Shown one piece after another: positions 18,458 through 28,058 of a stretch of DNA of 64,000 bases (within the stretch, counting starts at the first letter, position 1; each line of letters begins with the position of its first letter). A program made the translations under genes and the position numbers. The DNA lies in assembly GCA_022800815.1 (NCBI GenBank), contig JAAWRC010000011.1:13587-77586 (forward strand), in the 5' to 3' direction. This DNA is from Lachnospiraceae bacterium (lineage in GTDB: Bacteria > Bacillota > Clostridia > Lachnospirales > Lachnospiraceae). A model generated the notes under the pieces. The model did not search any database. It worked only from the letters and a program-made list of their open reading frames with translations, and was not told where the DNA came from.

Positions 18458-19660
18458 TTAAACGGTTGCAGGTACGTCAGGATTGTTGTTGGCAAAGTTC
18501 TGCAGGACGACCAGGGGTTCGTAGGAGCTTCCGTTGGTGATCTTCACACCCTTCTTTGCGGCCGCTTCGGAGACGAAGAACTCGTCCGCAGTCAGATCCT
18601 CGTAACGGACCATCTCGGGAGCCTGGCACTCGAATTTGCCGAAGGTCCCGTGGCCTTGGGAGATCACCGCACAGTAGCAGGCGGCATCCGTGAGCACGTA
18701 GCTCTGTCCCGGAAGGACGGTGACTTCCTTTGCGGCGACCCACTCGTTGGCGTAGGCGACCCATTTCTCGACGGCCGCTTCGGACTCGCAGCGAACCTTC
18801 GGTGCCCGGAAGTAGGTCTCCTTGTAGTCGGGACGGGTGCTCTCCTCCCAGTCGATCTGATTGAAGATGGCCTCCAGGTCGTCCTTCTCCTCCTCGGGAG
18901 CGCAGTCGGTGAGCATGTTGTGGGGGTTCACCTCGCCCATGGTGACGTTCTCCATGATGGTGTTCACGTCGCTGTTCCACTGGGGCTCGTAGGTCACCAG
19001 GGAGGCGGGGGCGTGAATGACGCCGGCGGGGGTGTACCAGCCGGTACCAAGCTGGATCCGGTAGGCTCTGGAAAGCTCGGTGATCCTGGTGTCCTTCACG
19101 TCATAATTCTTCAGGCATTCCATGACCTCTTCCTTGGTGGTGGAGGGGTCGAAGCCGAAATAGGTGAGCGGGAATCTACCCAAATAAGAGGCATTGTACT
19201 GGGGCGGGAAGTAATAAGCTTCGGGCTTTCCGTGCATGCCGATCTTATTGGCCTTCTCCTCCGTCAAATGAAGGTGATGAAACAAAGGCTTGTCATAGTC
19301 ATACAGCTTGGCGAAGGTGGGCCAGGTGCCGTACTTCTCCATCAGGGAATCGCCGATTAAATCAGCACCCAGCTCTTCCACGAAATCCTTGAAAAGCTGT
19401 TTCGCCTTGGAGGTGCGGTCCACGAGGACGTAGCTCATGCCCTCCGTCTCACCGGTCTTGGGACCGTTTAACGCCTTGGCGAGGGAGCCAAGCCACCGCT
19501 CGCAGATGCCGCCGCGGTCCATGCCCAGGGCAAAATAATCATCGGGATGCAGTCTCAGCCTGCGGCCGGGCTCGTTGAATCCACGGGGAACCCAGGTGGG
19601 GGTGAGCTGAAGGACGCCCTCACCGTCTTCAAACACTTTGCGAATCGTTTCTTTTGACAA
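18458..19660 (-). CDS. Cupin-fold phosphomannose-isomerase-like protein
   Basis: HHLH...KPEAYYF...GVIHA metal-binding pattern; TTG start after AAAGGAGG. Confidence 0.65.
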   Translation of the reverse strand: MSKETIRKVFEDGEGVLQLTPTWVPRGFNEPGRRLRLHPDDYFALGMDRGGICERWLGSLAKALNGPKTGETEGMSYVLVDRTSKAKQLFKDFVEELGADLIGDSLMEKYGTWPTFAKLYDYDKPLFHHLHLTEEKANKIGMHGKPEAYYFPPQYNASYLGRFPLTYFGFDPSTTKEEVMECLKNYDVKDTRITELSRAYRIQLGTGWYTPAGVIHAPASLVTYEPQWNSDVNTIMENVTMGEVNPHNMLTDCAPEEEKDDLEAIFNQIDWEESTRPDYKETYFRAPKVRCESEAAVEKWVAYANEWVAAKEVTVLPGQSYVLTDAACYCAVISQGHGTFGKFECQAPEMVRYEDLTADEFFVSEAAAKKGVKITNGSSYEPLVVLQNFANNNPDVPATV

Positions 19661-19948
19661 AACAGTACCCTCCTTTATTGATGAAAAGTTATATTGTGAA
19701 CATTGTGAACGGAAAAAACAGACGGCTGTGCGGTTTGTTGATACCATGGGCCGATCTACCTATAGATTACACTCTCAAAAAAAATTTGTCAAGGCAAAAC
19801 TGTCATTTTTCACATGAAACAGATGAAAAAATTGGTGATTATGACCATTATTATTAATGAGAATTTTACTTGCCTAAAACAGTTTTTAGGAGTATTCTAA
19901 ATATGTAAGTAACAGATCGGGAAGAGCGTTCAGAGGGGGAAGAGTAAA

Positions 19949-20383
19949 ATGGTAAGATGGTTGGTAATTGGAATTGTCAGTGCGATGGCGGTCGGAATGG
20001 AAGCGGCGGCACCCCGGGAGGAGCCCCGGACGGAAATCAGGGCGGAGACGCCGACGGAGGCCGACAGGGAGGCTTCGGCGGCACCCCGGCTTGTCGATTC
20101 GGAAGAGGCGCCTGCGGAGATTCCGGAGGTGCCTTCCGCAGAGGCCGTGGAGACGCCGGCGGAAGTCCCGGTGGAGGCTGTTGCGGAAGTCCCGGTGGAA
20201 GTTCCGACGGAGCCCCAGGTCGCCCCGGGCGGCTGCTATAACGGCGGCCCCGGTTACTGCGTGAACCACTGCGACTACAATTACGACGGATACTGTGATT
20301 ATTGCAATATCGCATGGGGGTCCGCAGGTCAGGGATGGCATCATTCCGGACACCATGGACATGGTGGAAGGCATTGCAGATGA
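19949..20383 (+). CDS. Small exported protein with E/A/P linker and Cys/His-rich tail
   Basis: Hydrophobic N-terminus, AEVPVE repeats, tail CYN..CVNHCDYNYDGYCDYC...HHSGHHGH. Confidence 0.7.
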   Translation: MVRWLVIGIVSAMAVGMEAAAPREEPRTEIRAETPTEADREASAAPRLVDSEEAPAEIPEVPSAEAVETPAEVPVEAVAEVPVEVPTEPQVAPGGCYNGGPGYCVNHCDYNYDGYCDYCNIAWGSAGQGWHHSGHHGHGGRHCR

Positions 20384-20568
20384 GAGACTGGAAACGATGA
20401 ATGCGGCAGAAAGGGCCGGGTCTTCGACGGTGAAGGCCCGGTCCTTCACGTCGAAAACGGTCTGTTTCGTGAAGCGGATCATGGAAATTGACTCTTGTCA
20501 AGAGGTAAGTTATAATTATTAGTATTGTATCTTAAGCCTTAAAATGAGGGGCCCGACGGGAGAGACAT

Positions 20569-21273
20569 ATGAAGGAAATACAGAGAATATCGATTACGGA
20601 CGCGGTTGTGGAGACGATCAAAGAGGCTGTTGAGACAGGAGAGTACGCACGGGGGCAGAAACTGCCCACGGAGGCGGTTTTATGCAGTGAGATGAAGGTG
20701 AGTCGTACCAGCGTCCGGGAGGCACTGCGGGTGCTTCAGGCGTTGGGATATGTCACGATTAAGCCGGGAAAGGGGGCCTTCGTGTCCGAAACGGCGGCGG
20801 AGACGCAGACGATCAGGCCCTGGTATGGGTCGGAGGGGGCTCAATATGACGATTTCATGGAAGTGCGGCTCGTGCTGGAAACGCTTGCGGTGCGCCTTGC
20901 TGTGGAACGGGCGACTTCCAAACAGGTGAGAGAATTGGAAGAGGTTCACTCTTCTTTCTGCGAGGCCTGCGAAAACCACGATCTGACGAAACTGATCATG
21001 CTGGATGAAACCTTCCATCTGAAAATCATGGCCTGTACTGGAAACTCTCTCCTTGTCAATATGAACAGGCAGCTTTTGAAGGCGTACCGGGTTTACAGGG
21101 GCGAATCCTTCGTCAACGAAAAATTGTATGACAGGGCCGTGGAACCACATGGGAGGATATTGGATTGTTTTCGAAGCGGGGATGCGAATCAGGCGGTGGC
21201 GGAGATGGAACGCCATATGAGAATCACCCGGCAGGACATGGTGGAGCTGCACAGGCTGCCAAGTGAGAAATAG
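20569..21273 (+). CDS. FadR/GntR-family transcriptional regulator
   Basis: LPTE...VSRTSVREAL wHTH plus FCD domain. Confidence 0.93.
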   Translation: MKEIQRISITDAVVETIKEAVETGEYARGQKLPTEAVLCSEMKVSRTSVREALRVLQALGYVTIKPGKGAFVSETAAETQTIRPWYGSEGAQYDDFMEVRLVLETLAVRLAVERATSKQVRELEEVHSSFCEACENHDLTKLIMLDETFHLKIMACTGNSLLVNMNRQLLKAYRVYRGESFVNEKLYDRAVEPHGRILDCFRSGDANQAVAEMERHMRITRQDMVELHRLPSEK

Positions 21274-21286
21274 AAGACGTTTTCCC

Positions 21287-22081
21287 TTACCGCAGCCTCC
21301 GCCATTCAGAAACCATGGCGTCTGTCAACGAATAGATGACGCCATCCCCCGCATAGATCCAAAATTCCTGATTTTTGACCGTAGATGGATGTTCCGGATA
21401 ACGGAAGGTTAAAAGGGGGCAGCCCGTATAATCCCTGAGTTTAAAATCCGTATCTGCAAAATACTCCTCATCTCCTGCGGACCAATCCGCAAAATCCACA
21501 GAACCCCCGTCCGCATCAAATTCTTTCCCCCACCTCCTGTTCATTTCTTCCAGAACCTCCTCGGTCAGAACTGATGCGGTCAATACGGGCCGTGATTCCT
21601 GAATCAGGTGTTCATATTTATAATCTGCAAAGATTTCCGCCTGATACTTCCGGTCAACGCCTGAATACCGGTATACCGATTCCGGTGTCAGCGAAACGAT
21701 TTCTTCCTTTTCCAAACGGATCCGATATTCCAATTGCTCATGATCAGGGCACGGCGTATAATTCTGATGCGGACGGACATATCCGACAAATTGATAATCG
21801 CCATACCAGTCTTCAAGATCGTTCATTGTTTCTGGAAACACGGCCTCCGCCTCTTCCGAACATACCGATTCATACCGTTCATCCGGATCGTCCCGCCGTG
21901 TCTGTTCAGTTTCCGACGTCTCTTCGATGCATGCTCCGGACGAGCCCGGGGCGGTGCTGCCGTGTTCCGGGCGGGCAGCTTTGCCGTCCTCGGTCTTTTC
22001 GGCTGTGCAGGCGCAGAAAACTGTCAGCAGGACGGTGACGAGGCATAAAATTGTTTTTTGGGATCCATACGGTTTTTTCAT
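21287..22081 (-). CDS. Uncharacterised lipoprotein
   Basis: Signal peptide with lipobox-like FCAC; acidic mature region. Confidence 0.7.
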   Translation of the reverse strand: MKKPYGSQKTILCLVTVLLTVFCACTAEKTEDGKAARPEHGSTAPGSSGACIEETSETEQTRRDDPDERYESVCSEEAEAVFPETMNDLEDWYGDYQFVGYVRPHQNYTPCPDHEQLEYRIRLEKEEIVSLTPESVYRYSGVDRKYQAEIFADYKYEHLIQESRPVLTASVLTEEVLEEMNRRWGKEFDADGGSVDFADWSAGDEEYFADTDFKLRDYTGCPLLTFRYPEHPSTVKNQEFWIYAGDGVIYSLTDAMVSEWRRLR

Positions 22082-22288
22082 GGTTTTTCCTCCAACCGCT
22101 GATTGTTTCTAAAACACGTTCAGTAATCTCGGAACCTGCCAGCTACATCATATCATAGTTCTAAAAAAGGGACAATAAATAATGTTGAATTTTAGCAGCG
22201 CTATCAACGGACCGCTGCACGACGGGGAGGGAAGCGAGCTCTTATGGCGGCAGCGCACACAATGCTGGCAGCAATCTGTCATATGGGA

Positions 22289-22314
22289 ATAAGCCCGCCA
22301 AAAGGCGGGCTTAT
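22289..22314. terminator. Hairpin downstream of the malic enzyme gene
   Basis: ataagcccgcc / ggcgggcttat perfect 11-bp stem. Confidence 0.65.
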
Positions 22315-22369
22315 CAAAGATGCATATTTATAATTTGCCATTAAAATTCCGGAAATCGGAGGCTTCCGG

Positions 22370-23545
22370 TCAGATCCTGGCGACCCCGGTGTCCCTGGCG
22401 GCCTTCGCCACGGCGGCGGCCACGGTTTTGCCCACCCTGGGGTCGAACGCCCTGGGAATGATGTAGTCCGCGGACAGCTCCTCCTCGGAGATCAGTCCGG
22501 CCAGTGCATAGGCGGCGGCCAGCTTCATTTCGTCATTGATGTCGCTGGCCCGCACGTCGAAGGCGCCCCGGAACACGCCGGGGAAGGCGAGGACGTTGTT
22601 GATCTGGTTGGGGAAATCGCTTCTCCCGGTGGAGACCACCTTTGCGCCGCCGGCCTTTGCGTCATCCGGGAAGATCTCGGGGGTCGGGTTTGCGCAGGCG
22701 AAGACGATGGCGTCCCGGTTCATGGTCCGCACCATGTCCGTCGTGACCATGCCGGGGGCGCTCACGCCGATGAACACGTCCGCACCCACCAGCATGTCGG
22801 CCAGGGTTCCGGCTTTCTTATCCAGATTGGTGATCTTCGCCATCTCGTCCTTGATGGCGTTCATGCCTTCCTTTCTGCCCTCGTAAATGGCGCCGTGCCG
22901 GTCGCAGAGGGTGATGTCCTTGATGCCGTCCTTTAAGAGAAGGCGGGCGATGGAGATGGCGGCGGCACCCGCGCCGTTCATCACGACCCGGATCTCCTCC
23001 TTCTTCTTGTCCACGACCTTCAGTGCATTGGTAAGCCCCGCCAGGGTGATGATGGCGGTTCCGTGCTGGTCGTCGTGGAAGATCGGAATGTCGCACTTTT
23101 CCTTTAATTTTTTCTCAATCTCGAAGCAGCGGGGGGCGGAAATGTCCTCTAGGTTGACGCCGCCGAAGGAGCCGGAGATCATGTAGATGGTGTTGACAAT
23201 CTCGTCCACGTCCTTGCTCTTAATGCAGAGCGGGAAGGCATCCACGTCCCCGAAGGCCTTGAACAGCACGCATTTTCCCTCCATGACCGGCATGCCGGCC
23301 TCCGGGCCGATATCACCGAGGCCCAAAACAGCGGTTCCGTCCGTCACCACCAGGCACATGTTGTGGCGGCGAGTCAGTTCATAGCTTTTTTCCACGTCTT
23401 TCTGAATCTCCAGGCAGGGTTCGGCGACACCGGGGGTGTAAGCTAAGGACAGGTCGTCCTTGGTCTTCACCGGCACGGTGGCGACCACCTCGATTTTTCC
23501 TTTCCATTCGCCGTGAAGGCGCAGAGACTCTTTTGCGTAATCCAT
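22370..23545 (-). CDS. NAD(P)-dependent malic enzyme
   Basis: YTPGVA, DGTAVLGLG, EGK, LEDI, FHDDQHGT, GAGAA, NNVLAFPG. Confidence 0.95.
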   Translation of the reverse strand: MDYAKESLRLHGEWKGKIEVVATVPVKTKDDLSLAYTPGVAEPCLEIQKDVEKSYELTRRHNMCLVVTDGTAVLGLGDIGPEAGMPVMEGKCVLFKAFGDVDAFPLCIKSKDVDEIVNTIYMISGSFGGVNLEDISAPRCFEIEKKLKEKCDIPIFHDDQHGTAIITLAGLTNALKVVDKKKEEIRVVMNGAGAAAISIARLLLKDGIKDITLCDRHGAIYEGRKEGMNAIKDEMAKITNLDKKAGTLADMLVGADVFIGVSAPGMVTTDMVRTMNRDAIVFACANPTPEIFPDDAKAGGAKVVSTGRSDFPNQINNVLAFPGVFRGAFDVRASDINDEMKLAAAYALAGLISEEELSADYIIPRAFDPRVGKTVAAAVAKAARDTGVARI

Positions 23546-23614
23546 AATATCCTCCTTTTATTTGAGTAATCCCGGGCAATTGCCCGAAGCAATCCTGTTG
23601 ATCAGATGCCGCAG

Positions 23615-24508
23615 TCATTTGACGGAGTCCAGATACCGGATGAGCACCTGGCGGCATTGGGCCTTCTGGGCGTCGCCGGGACGCAGGCCGAAACAGAAAT
23701 CGTAAATCTCCGTCATCTGGGAGATCATCATGTCCAGTCCGTGGACGAGGGGCAGACCGCATTCCCTTGCCTTTGCGAGAAGCGGGGTAAATCTCGGGTT
23801 GACGACGGCGTCCATGACGAGGCAGGATTTCCTCATTTTTTCCACAAATCCCAGATAGGCGTGGGTGGCGGGGAAGCCGTACATGCCGAGGGGGGAGGCG
23901 TGGATAAAAATGTCGGCCTGGGCCGCATAGAGGTCCAGAAGCTCCGGGACCGCCTCATAGGTCTCCACGGAAAAGCCCCAGTGCTCCCTGATGAGGGCGG
24001 CTACCTTTTCCCCGTTGGCGAGGGTCCTGTTTAACAGGATGATCCGTCCGGCCTTTCTCTGCACCAGCTCGTAGATGATGGCGCCGCTGATGCTTCCGGC
24101 TCCATAGAGGACGATGGTGCTGCCCTCAATGACGGCTCCGGCGCCGAGAAGGGCGCCGATGCAGCCCTTCCCGTCCATGCCGGCCCCGTAGGTTTCCCCA
24201 TCGACCGTTTTCACGATGTTGACGGAATGGAAGGTTCGGGAACAGGGTTCCACATGGTCCAAAAGAGGAATGACCGCCTTTTTCAGGGGCATGGTGAGGC
24301 AGAAGGTATCAATTTTAAACAATTTTGCGGCCGCCATGAAATCAGGAAGTTCCTCCGGTTGAATCTCGATGGGGAACATGATGCGGTTGAGGCCGTAGAT
24401 TTCAAACAGCTTGTTGTAAACTTGGGCGGAACTGGACTGCGCCATGGGATATCCGATAATGGGCATCAGCCGGGTTTCCACATTGCAGATTAAATTAGAA
24501 AATGCCAT
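23615..24508 (-). CDS. Shikimate dehydrogenase-like (AroE-family) oxidoreductase, divergent
   Basis: IIGYP, TMPLK, GAG, LLNRT, GLDMM; start MAFSN at 24508. Confidence 0.8.
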   Translation of the reverse strand: MAFSNLICNVETRLMPIIGYPMAQSSSAQVYNKLFEIYGLNRIMFPIEIQPEELPDFMAAAKLFKIDTFCLTMPLKKAVIPLLDHVEPCSRTFHSVNIVKTVDGETYGAGMDGKGCIGALLGAGAVIEGSTIVLYGAGSISGAIIYELVQRKAGRIILLNRTLANGEKVAALIREHWGFSVETYEAVPELLDLYAAQADIFIHASPLGMYGFPATHAYLGFVEKMRKSCLVMDAVVNPRFTPLLAKARECGLPLVHGLDMMISQMTEIYDFCFGLRPGDAQKAQCRQVLIRYLDSVK

Positions 24509-24536
24509 AAAAACCTCCCTGAAAACGTGTTTCCGA

Positions 24537-25751
24537 TCAATAGCGGCAGGGGACCACCTGACGGGGGTTCTGATAATTGAAGAACAGCGTGCCCTCCCGG
24601 TGTCCGACGCATTCGGCCAGAACGGGCCTTCCGGAGCAGGTCTCACACACCAGCCCCCACAGACGGTCGGCGGTCTCCTCCTTCGTCTCCTCGCCGGAGA
24701 GTACGCTGCCGGCCAGAAAGTCGATGTCCTCCTTCAGTTTGTCGTAGACCTCCCGGTTTCCGGTCAGCTTGAGGACCGGTGCGACTGGCGTGCCGCCCAC
24801 GTGGCCGCGTCCCGTGTTGAACAGGAGAAGGTGGCAGCCGCAGGCAATCTGGTCGAGGAGCCCGGTGGTGTCGCCGCCGTAGAGGAAGGCTGGCTCCACG
24901 GCATAATCCGGGATGACGTCGAGGATCCAGAAACCGCTGCGGGAAGGGCGCTGGGCAATCTTCAGGACGCCTTCGATGCGGCAGTTCCCCATCTTGACGA
25001 CGGCACCCATGCTTTTTTCTTCGATGGTGGTGAGGCCGCCGACGAAGTTTCCGGGAGAAATCGAGTAATGTCCCAGCTGCTTGCAGAAGGCGACGGTCTT
25101 GTCATAGGTCATGGCGATATCCTTGGCGGCCTTTTCGTTGGCGGTGCGGGACACCAGATGTTTTTTGAGGCCGATCGCCTCGGCCATCTCCTCCATCATG
25201 GCAGTGCCGCCCTCCTCCACATGCCGTTCAAAGAGACAGCCGATCACCGCGTTCCCCGCCAGGCCGGAGGTGAAATCAGAACCTCCGCACTTGGCACCGA
25301 TGATCAGCTCGTGCCGGTACATGGGCCCCCTCGGCGTAAGGGAGAGCTCCTCAAGCATTTCCGTCACCAATTTTTTCCCCAACTCAATGCCGGAGATGGT
25401 TCCACCAACCTCCTGGAGAAGAAACGACTCCGCCATCCTTCCGTGCTCCCTCGCAAAATCACGGATTTTGGCGGCTTCAATGTATTCGCAGCCGTGGCCG
25501 ACGACCAGCACGGCCCCCACGTTTGGATGGACGCAGAAAGCCAACAGCCGGTGCACGACGGCCTGATTGTCCAGACAGGCCAGGGAACCGGTCACGTCCA
25601 CGTCTTTCTTCCGGTCCTGAAAGTACCGGGCGATGGATTCGGCGGCGTGTTTGCTGCATTCCACGGTGTATATGATCAGAATTTTGTTGCGAATGCCTTT
25701 CCCCCCGTCGGGACGCAGAAAAGCCTGACAAATGGGTGTCTCGCCGTTCAT
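24537..25751 (-). CDS. UxaA/GarD-family dehydratase, large subunit
   Basis: GIRN, GHGCE, KCGGSD, TIEEKS.G, FNTGRG motifs. Confidence 0.88.
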   Translation of the reverse strand: MNGETPICQAFLRPDGGKGIRNKILIIYTVECSKHAAESIARYFQDRKKDVDVTGSLACLDNQAVVHRLLAFCVHPNVGAVLVVGHGCEYIEAAKIRDFAREHGRMAESFLLQEVGGTISGIELGKKLVTEMLEELSLTPRGPMYRHELIIGAKCGGSDFTSGLAGNAVIGCLFERHVEEGGTAMMEEMAEAIGLKKHLVSRTANEKAAKDIAMTYDKTVAFCKQLGHYSISPGNFVGGLTTIEEKSMGAVVKMGNCRIEGVLKIAQRPSRSGFWILDVIPDYAVEPAFLYGGDTTGLLDQIACGCHLLLFNTGRGHVGGTPVAPVLKLTGNREVYDKLKEDIDFLAGSVLSGEETKEETADRLWGLVCETCSGRPVLAECVGHREGTLFFNYQNPRQVVPCRY

Positions 25752-26110
25752 ATGGAATCCTCCCCAAAGCTGTGAAGCCGGTATTCGATATCGGTGGGGA
25801 CGGCGCTCTCCACGTCCAAGGTGCCTGAGCGCTCGTCAAAATCGCTTGACATGTTATGCAGGTGAACGTGGGCCCCCTTCCTGATCTCTACCGTGGCAGT
25901 ACCGATCCGGGCCCCGTATTTTAAGATTGCGTCCCCCGCATGGATGTCGGTCAGGGCGAATTTGTGGCCGCGGGGGATGTCCTGCAGCGCACAGGCACTG
26001 AGATCTTTTGCGGAGCCGAGGAGCCGGATGGGGCCGGGAATCAGGTTTTCCAGTGCGGTCCCCACGTTGTCGGTGTCGTAGACCACGTATCCGGGTTGCT
26101 GCAAGGCCAT
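25748..26110 (-). CDS. UxaA-family dehydratase small (SAF) subunit
   Basis: DNVGTAL, IPRGHKFAL, KYGARIG, HVHLHN. Confidence 0.88.
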   Translation of the reverse strand: MALQQPGYVVYDTDNVGTALENLIPGPIRLLGSAKDLSACALQDIPRGHKFALTDIHAGDAILKYGARIGTATVEIRKGAHVHLHNMSSDFDERSGTLDVESAVPTDIEYRLHSFGEDSI

Positions 26111-26155
26111 GGAAATTGTCACCTCCTGCCATATATTTTTCCAAAAACCAATTTT

Positions 26156-26202
26156 AATATAACAAAGTATCATATATTTGTCAATGCTTATTGTATGATG
26201 TC
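26156..26202 (-). promoter_or_regulatory. Promoter of the uxaA operon with ATGAT-core operator-like boxes
   Basis: Minus strand: TTGACA (26184-26179), 17 nt, TATATT (26161-26156). ttgtatgatgtc at 26191-26202. Confidence 0.6.
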
Positions 26203-26250
26203 GTTAAATATGATATATTAGCGTCAAACAAGACTGGGAGGGTGCCTATT

Positions 26251-27177
26251 ATGCTGAACAATATTTTGACAACGGGAAATCAGGTGTTGGTTCTGCTCGT
26301 TTTGATCGGGGTGGGATTCGTGTGCGGGAAGATTCATATGTTCGACGAGAAGTCCATCAGCCACCTGTCGGCTTTTCTGTTCAAGGTGGTGGCGCCCTGT
26401 GCGATCATCGATTCCTTCTGCCGTCCCTTCGATGCGGGGATGCTCCGGACCATGGCGGCCATTGCCGGCTCGGCCTTCTGCTATTATGTGGTCGGGGCGT
26501 TTCTGGCGAGGCTTTTGATCCGGAAGGGGGAGGCGCCCACGAGGCGGGTGATGCGGTTCGGGGCCATGTTCGGCAACTGCGGGTACATGGGACTGCCGTT
26601 GCAGCAGGTTTTGTTCGGGGATTACGGCGTGTTCTGCGGCGCCATTTTCATCGCCGTGTACAATATCGTGCAGTGGACCTACGGGCTGGTCCTGATCAGC
26701 GGCGATAAAAAGGAGGTCTCGGTTCGCAAACTGATCAATCCGGGAATCGCAGGGGTAATTGTCGGCATGTTCATTTTCTTTTTTTCGGTGGAGCTTCCGC
26801 CGCTGATCGGAAGTCCAATCACGTATCTTGCCGGTCTGAACGTCCCGGTGCCGATGGTGATCAGCGGATATTTTCTGTCGAAGGCGGACTTGAGGACGAT
26901 CTGGAGGCATGCCAGCTATTACAAGACGATCCTGCTGCGGCTGGTCGTGCTGCCGCTCCTTGGAATCCTGGCCTTTTCTTTTACGAACTGGGATTCCACC
27001 CTCTTAGCCTGCTACGTCATCGACATGGCGGTCCCTGTCGCGGCGGCGACCACCATGTTTTCCACCCAGTACGGGCAGGACAGCGAGACTGCGGCAAACC
27101 TGGTGTCCATCAGCACGGTGTTGTCCGTGGTCACCCTGCCCCTGATGGTGGCGCTGGCGCAGAGTCTGTTTTCCTGA
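26251..27177 (+). CDS. AEC-family (malate permease-like) transporter
   Basis: Multi-TM protein with NCGYMGLP and P(V)AAATTMF motifs. Confidence 0.9.
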   Translation: MLNNILTTGNQVLVLLVLIGVGFVCGKIHMFDEKSISHLSAFLFKVVAPCAIIDSFCRPFDAGMLRTMAAIAGSAFCYYVVGAFLARLLIRKGEAPTRRVMRFGAMFGNCGYMGLPLQQVLFGDYGVFCGAIFIAVYNIVQWTYGLVLISGDKKEVSVRKLINPGIAGVIVGMFIFFFSVELPPLIGSPITYLAGLNVPVPMVISGYFLSKADLRTIWRHASYYKTILLRLVVLPLLGILAFSFTNWDSTLLACYVIDMAVPVAAATTMFSTQYGQDSETAANLVSISTVLSVVTLPLMVALAQSLFS

Positions 27178-27224
27178 AAAGGACATGAAAGTTGTATACA
27201 TTATTAAGAAAGAGAGATAGAAGC

Positions 27225-27787
27225 ATGAAGAGAGAAAGCGTGACGCACGTATTGGCGACGGGCCGTCAGGGGAATCCGGAATTTTTTGGGTCGCTGGAAC
27301 GGCTTTTGGAGGGGGATCCGGAGAAGGGGAGCGTGGTCATGGTCGGGCCGCGCAGGGAAACTGGTCGGCGGCGGACGTATTCGCCCTGTCCAAACTGCAG
27401 CTTGCTCATGTGCGGGCGCAACAAGTTTTTTGCGGAACGGAGCGGACTGTGCGGACGGCTCGACGTATCGGAAGAAGGGACGGGGCGGGCGCATGGGAGA
27501 CCCTGAACATTTTCAGGGAGATGAGCGGAAGGGAGCCGTTGGAAAGAGGGAAGCTCGATTTTTCCAGGTTTCCTTTTTGGGGAATCCCCCTGGAAAAGGA
27601 ACGGGTGATCAAGACGCCGGACGTATGGTTCTGGGAGGGACGACTTCCGGAAAAAGAAGGAGAGCTCCCGCAGTATTTTGCATGGGCGCCGGGAATGGAA
27701 CACTGCCTGTACTATGGTTATGCCTCTCTGGTGTGGGAATTCTTTCGCCGCTTCAGGAGAACGGAGGGAACTGGTGAAGTTATATAG
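27225..27787 (+). pseudogene. Possible frameshifted esterase/PHB-depolymerase-like gene fragment
   Basis: Two overlapping frames (27225.. and ..27787). The C-terminus GMEHC...SLVWEFFRRF resembles esterase C-termini. Confidence 0.35.
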
Positions 27788-27888
27788 ATAATGATGTGGG
27801 AACAGGGAAAAAATCAACAGAAAAACGAATTTGAGCATAACTGACAAAAAATATTTGTGTAATTTGTGCAAAACAACGATTTTGGAAT

Positions 27889-27938
27889 GATATCATACAA
27901 TATGTTGACATAACTAAGAAATTAGGATATCATACAAT
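27889..27938 (+). promoter_or_regulatory. Promoter flanked by two identical GATATCATACAAT boxes
   Basis: 13-mers at 27889 and 27926; TTGACA 27905-27910, 17 nt, TATCAT 27928-27933. Confidence 0.75.
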
Positions 27939-28058
27939 CGTAACAGGGGAGCGGGAGAGGAAATCTTTCTTTTCGGACCCGGAAACTAAAAAACGCCCTT
28001 CGGGCAAAATAAAACAGCCGGCATCTGTGCAGGATAAGCAGAAAAGACGGTCGGCGGA

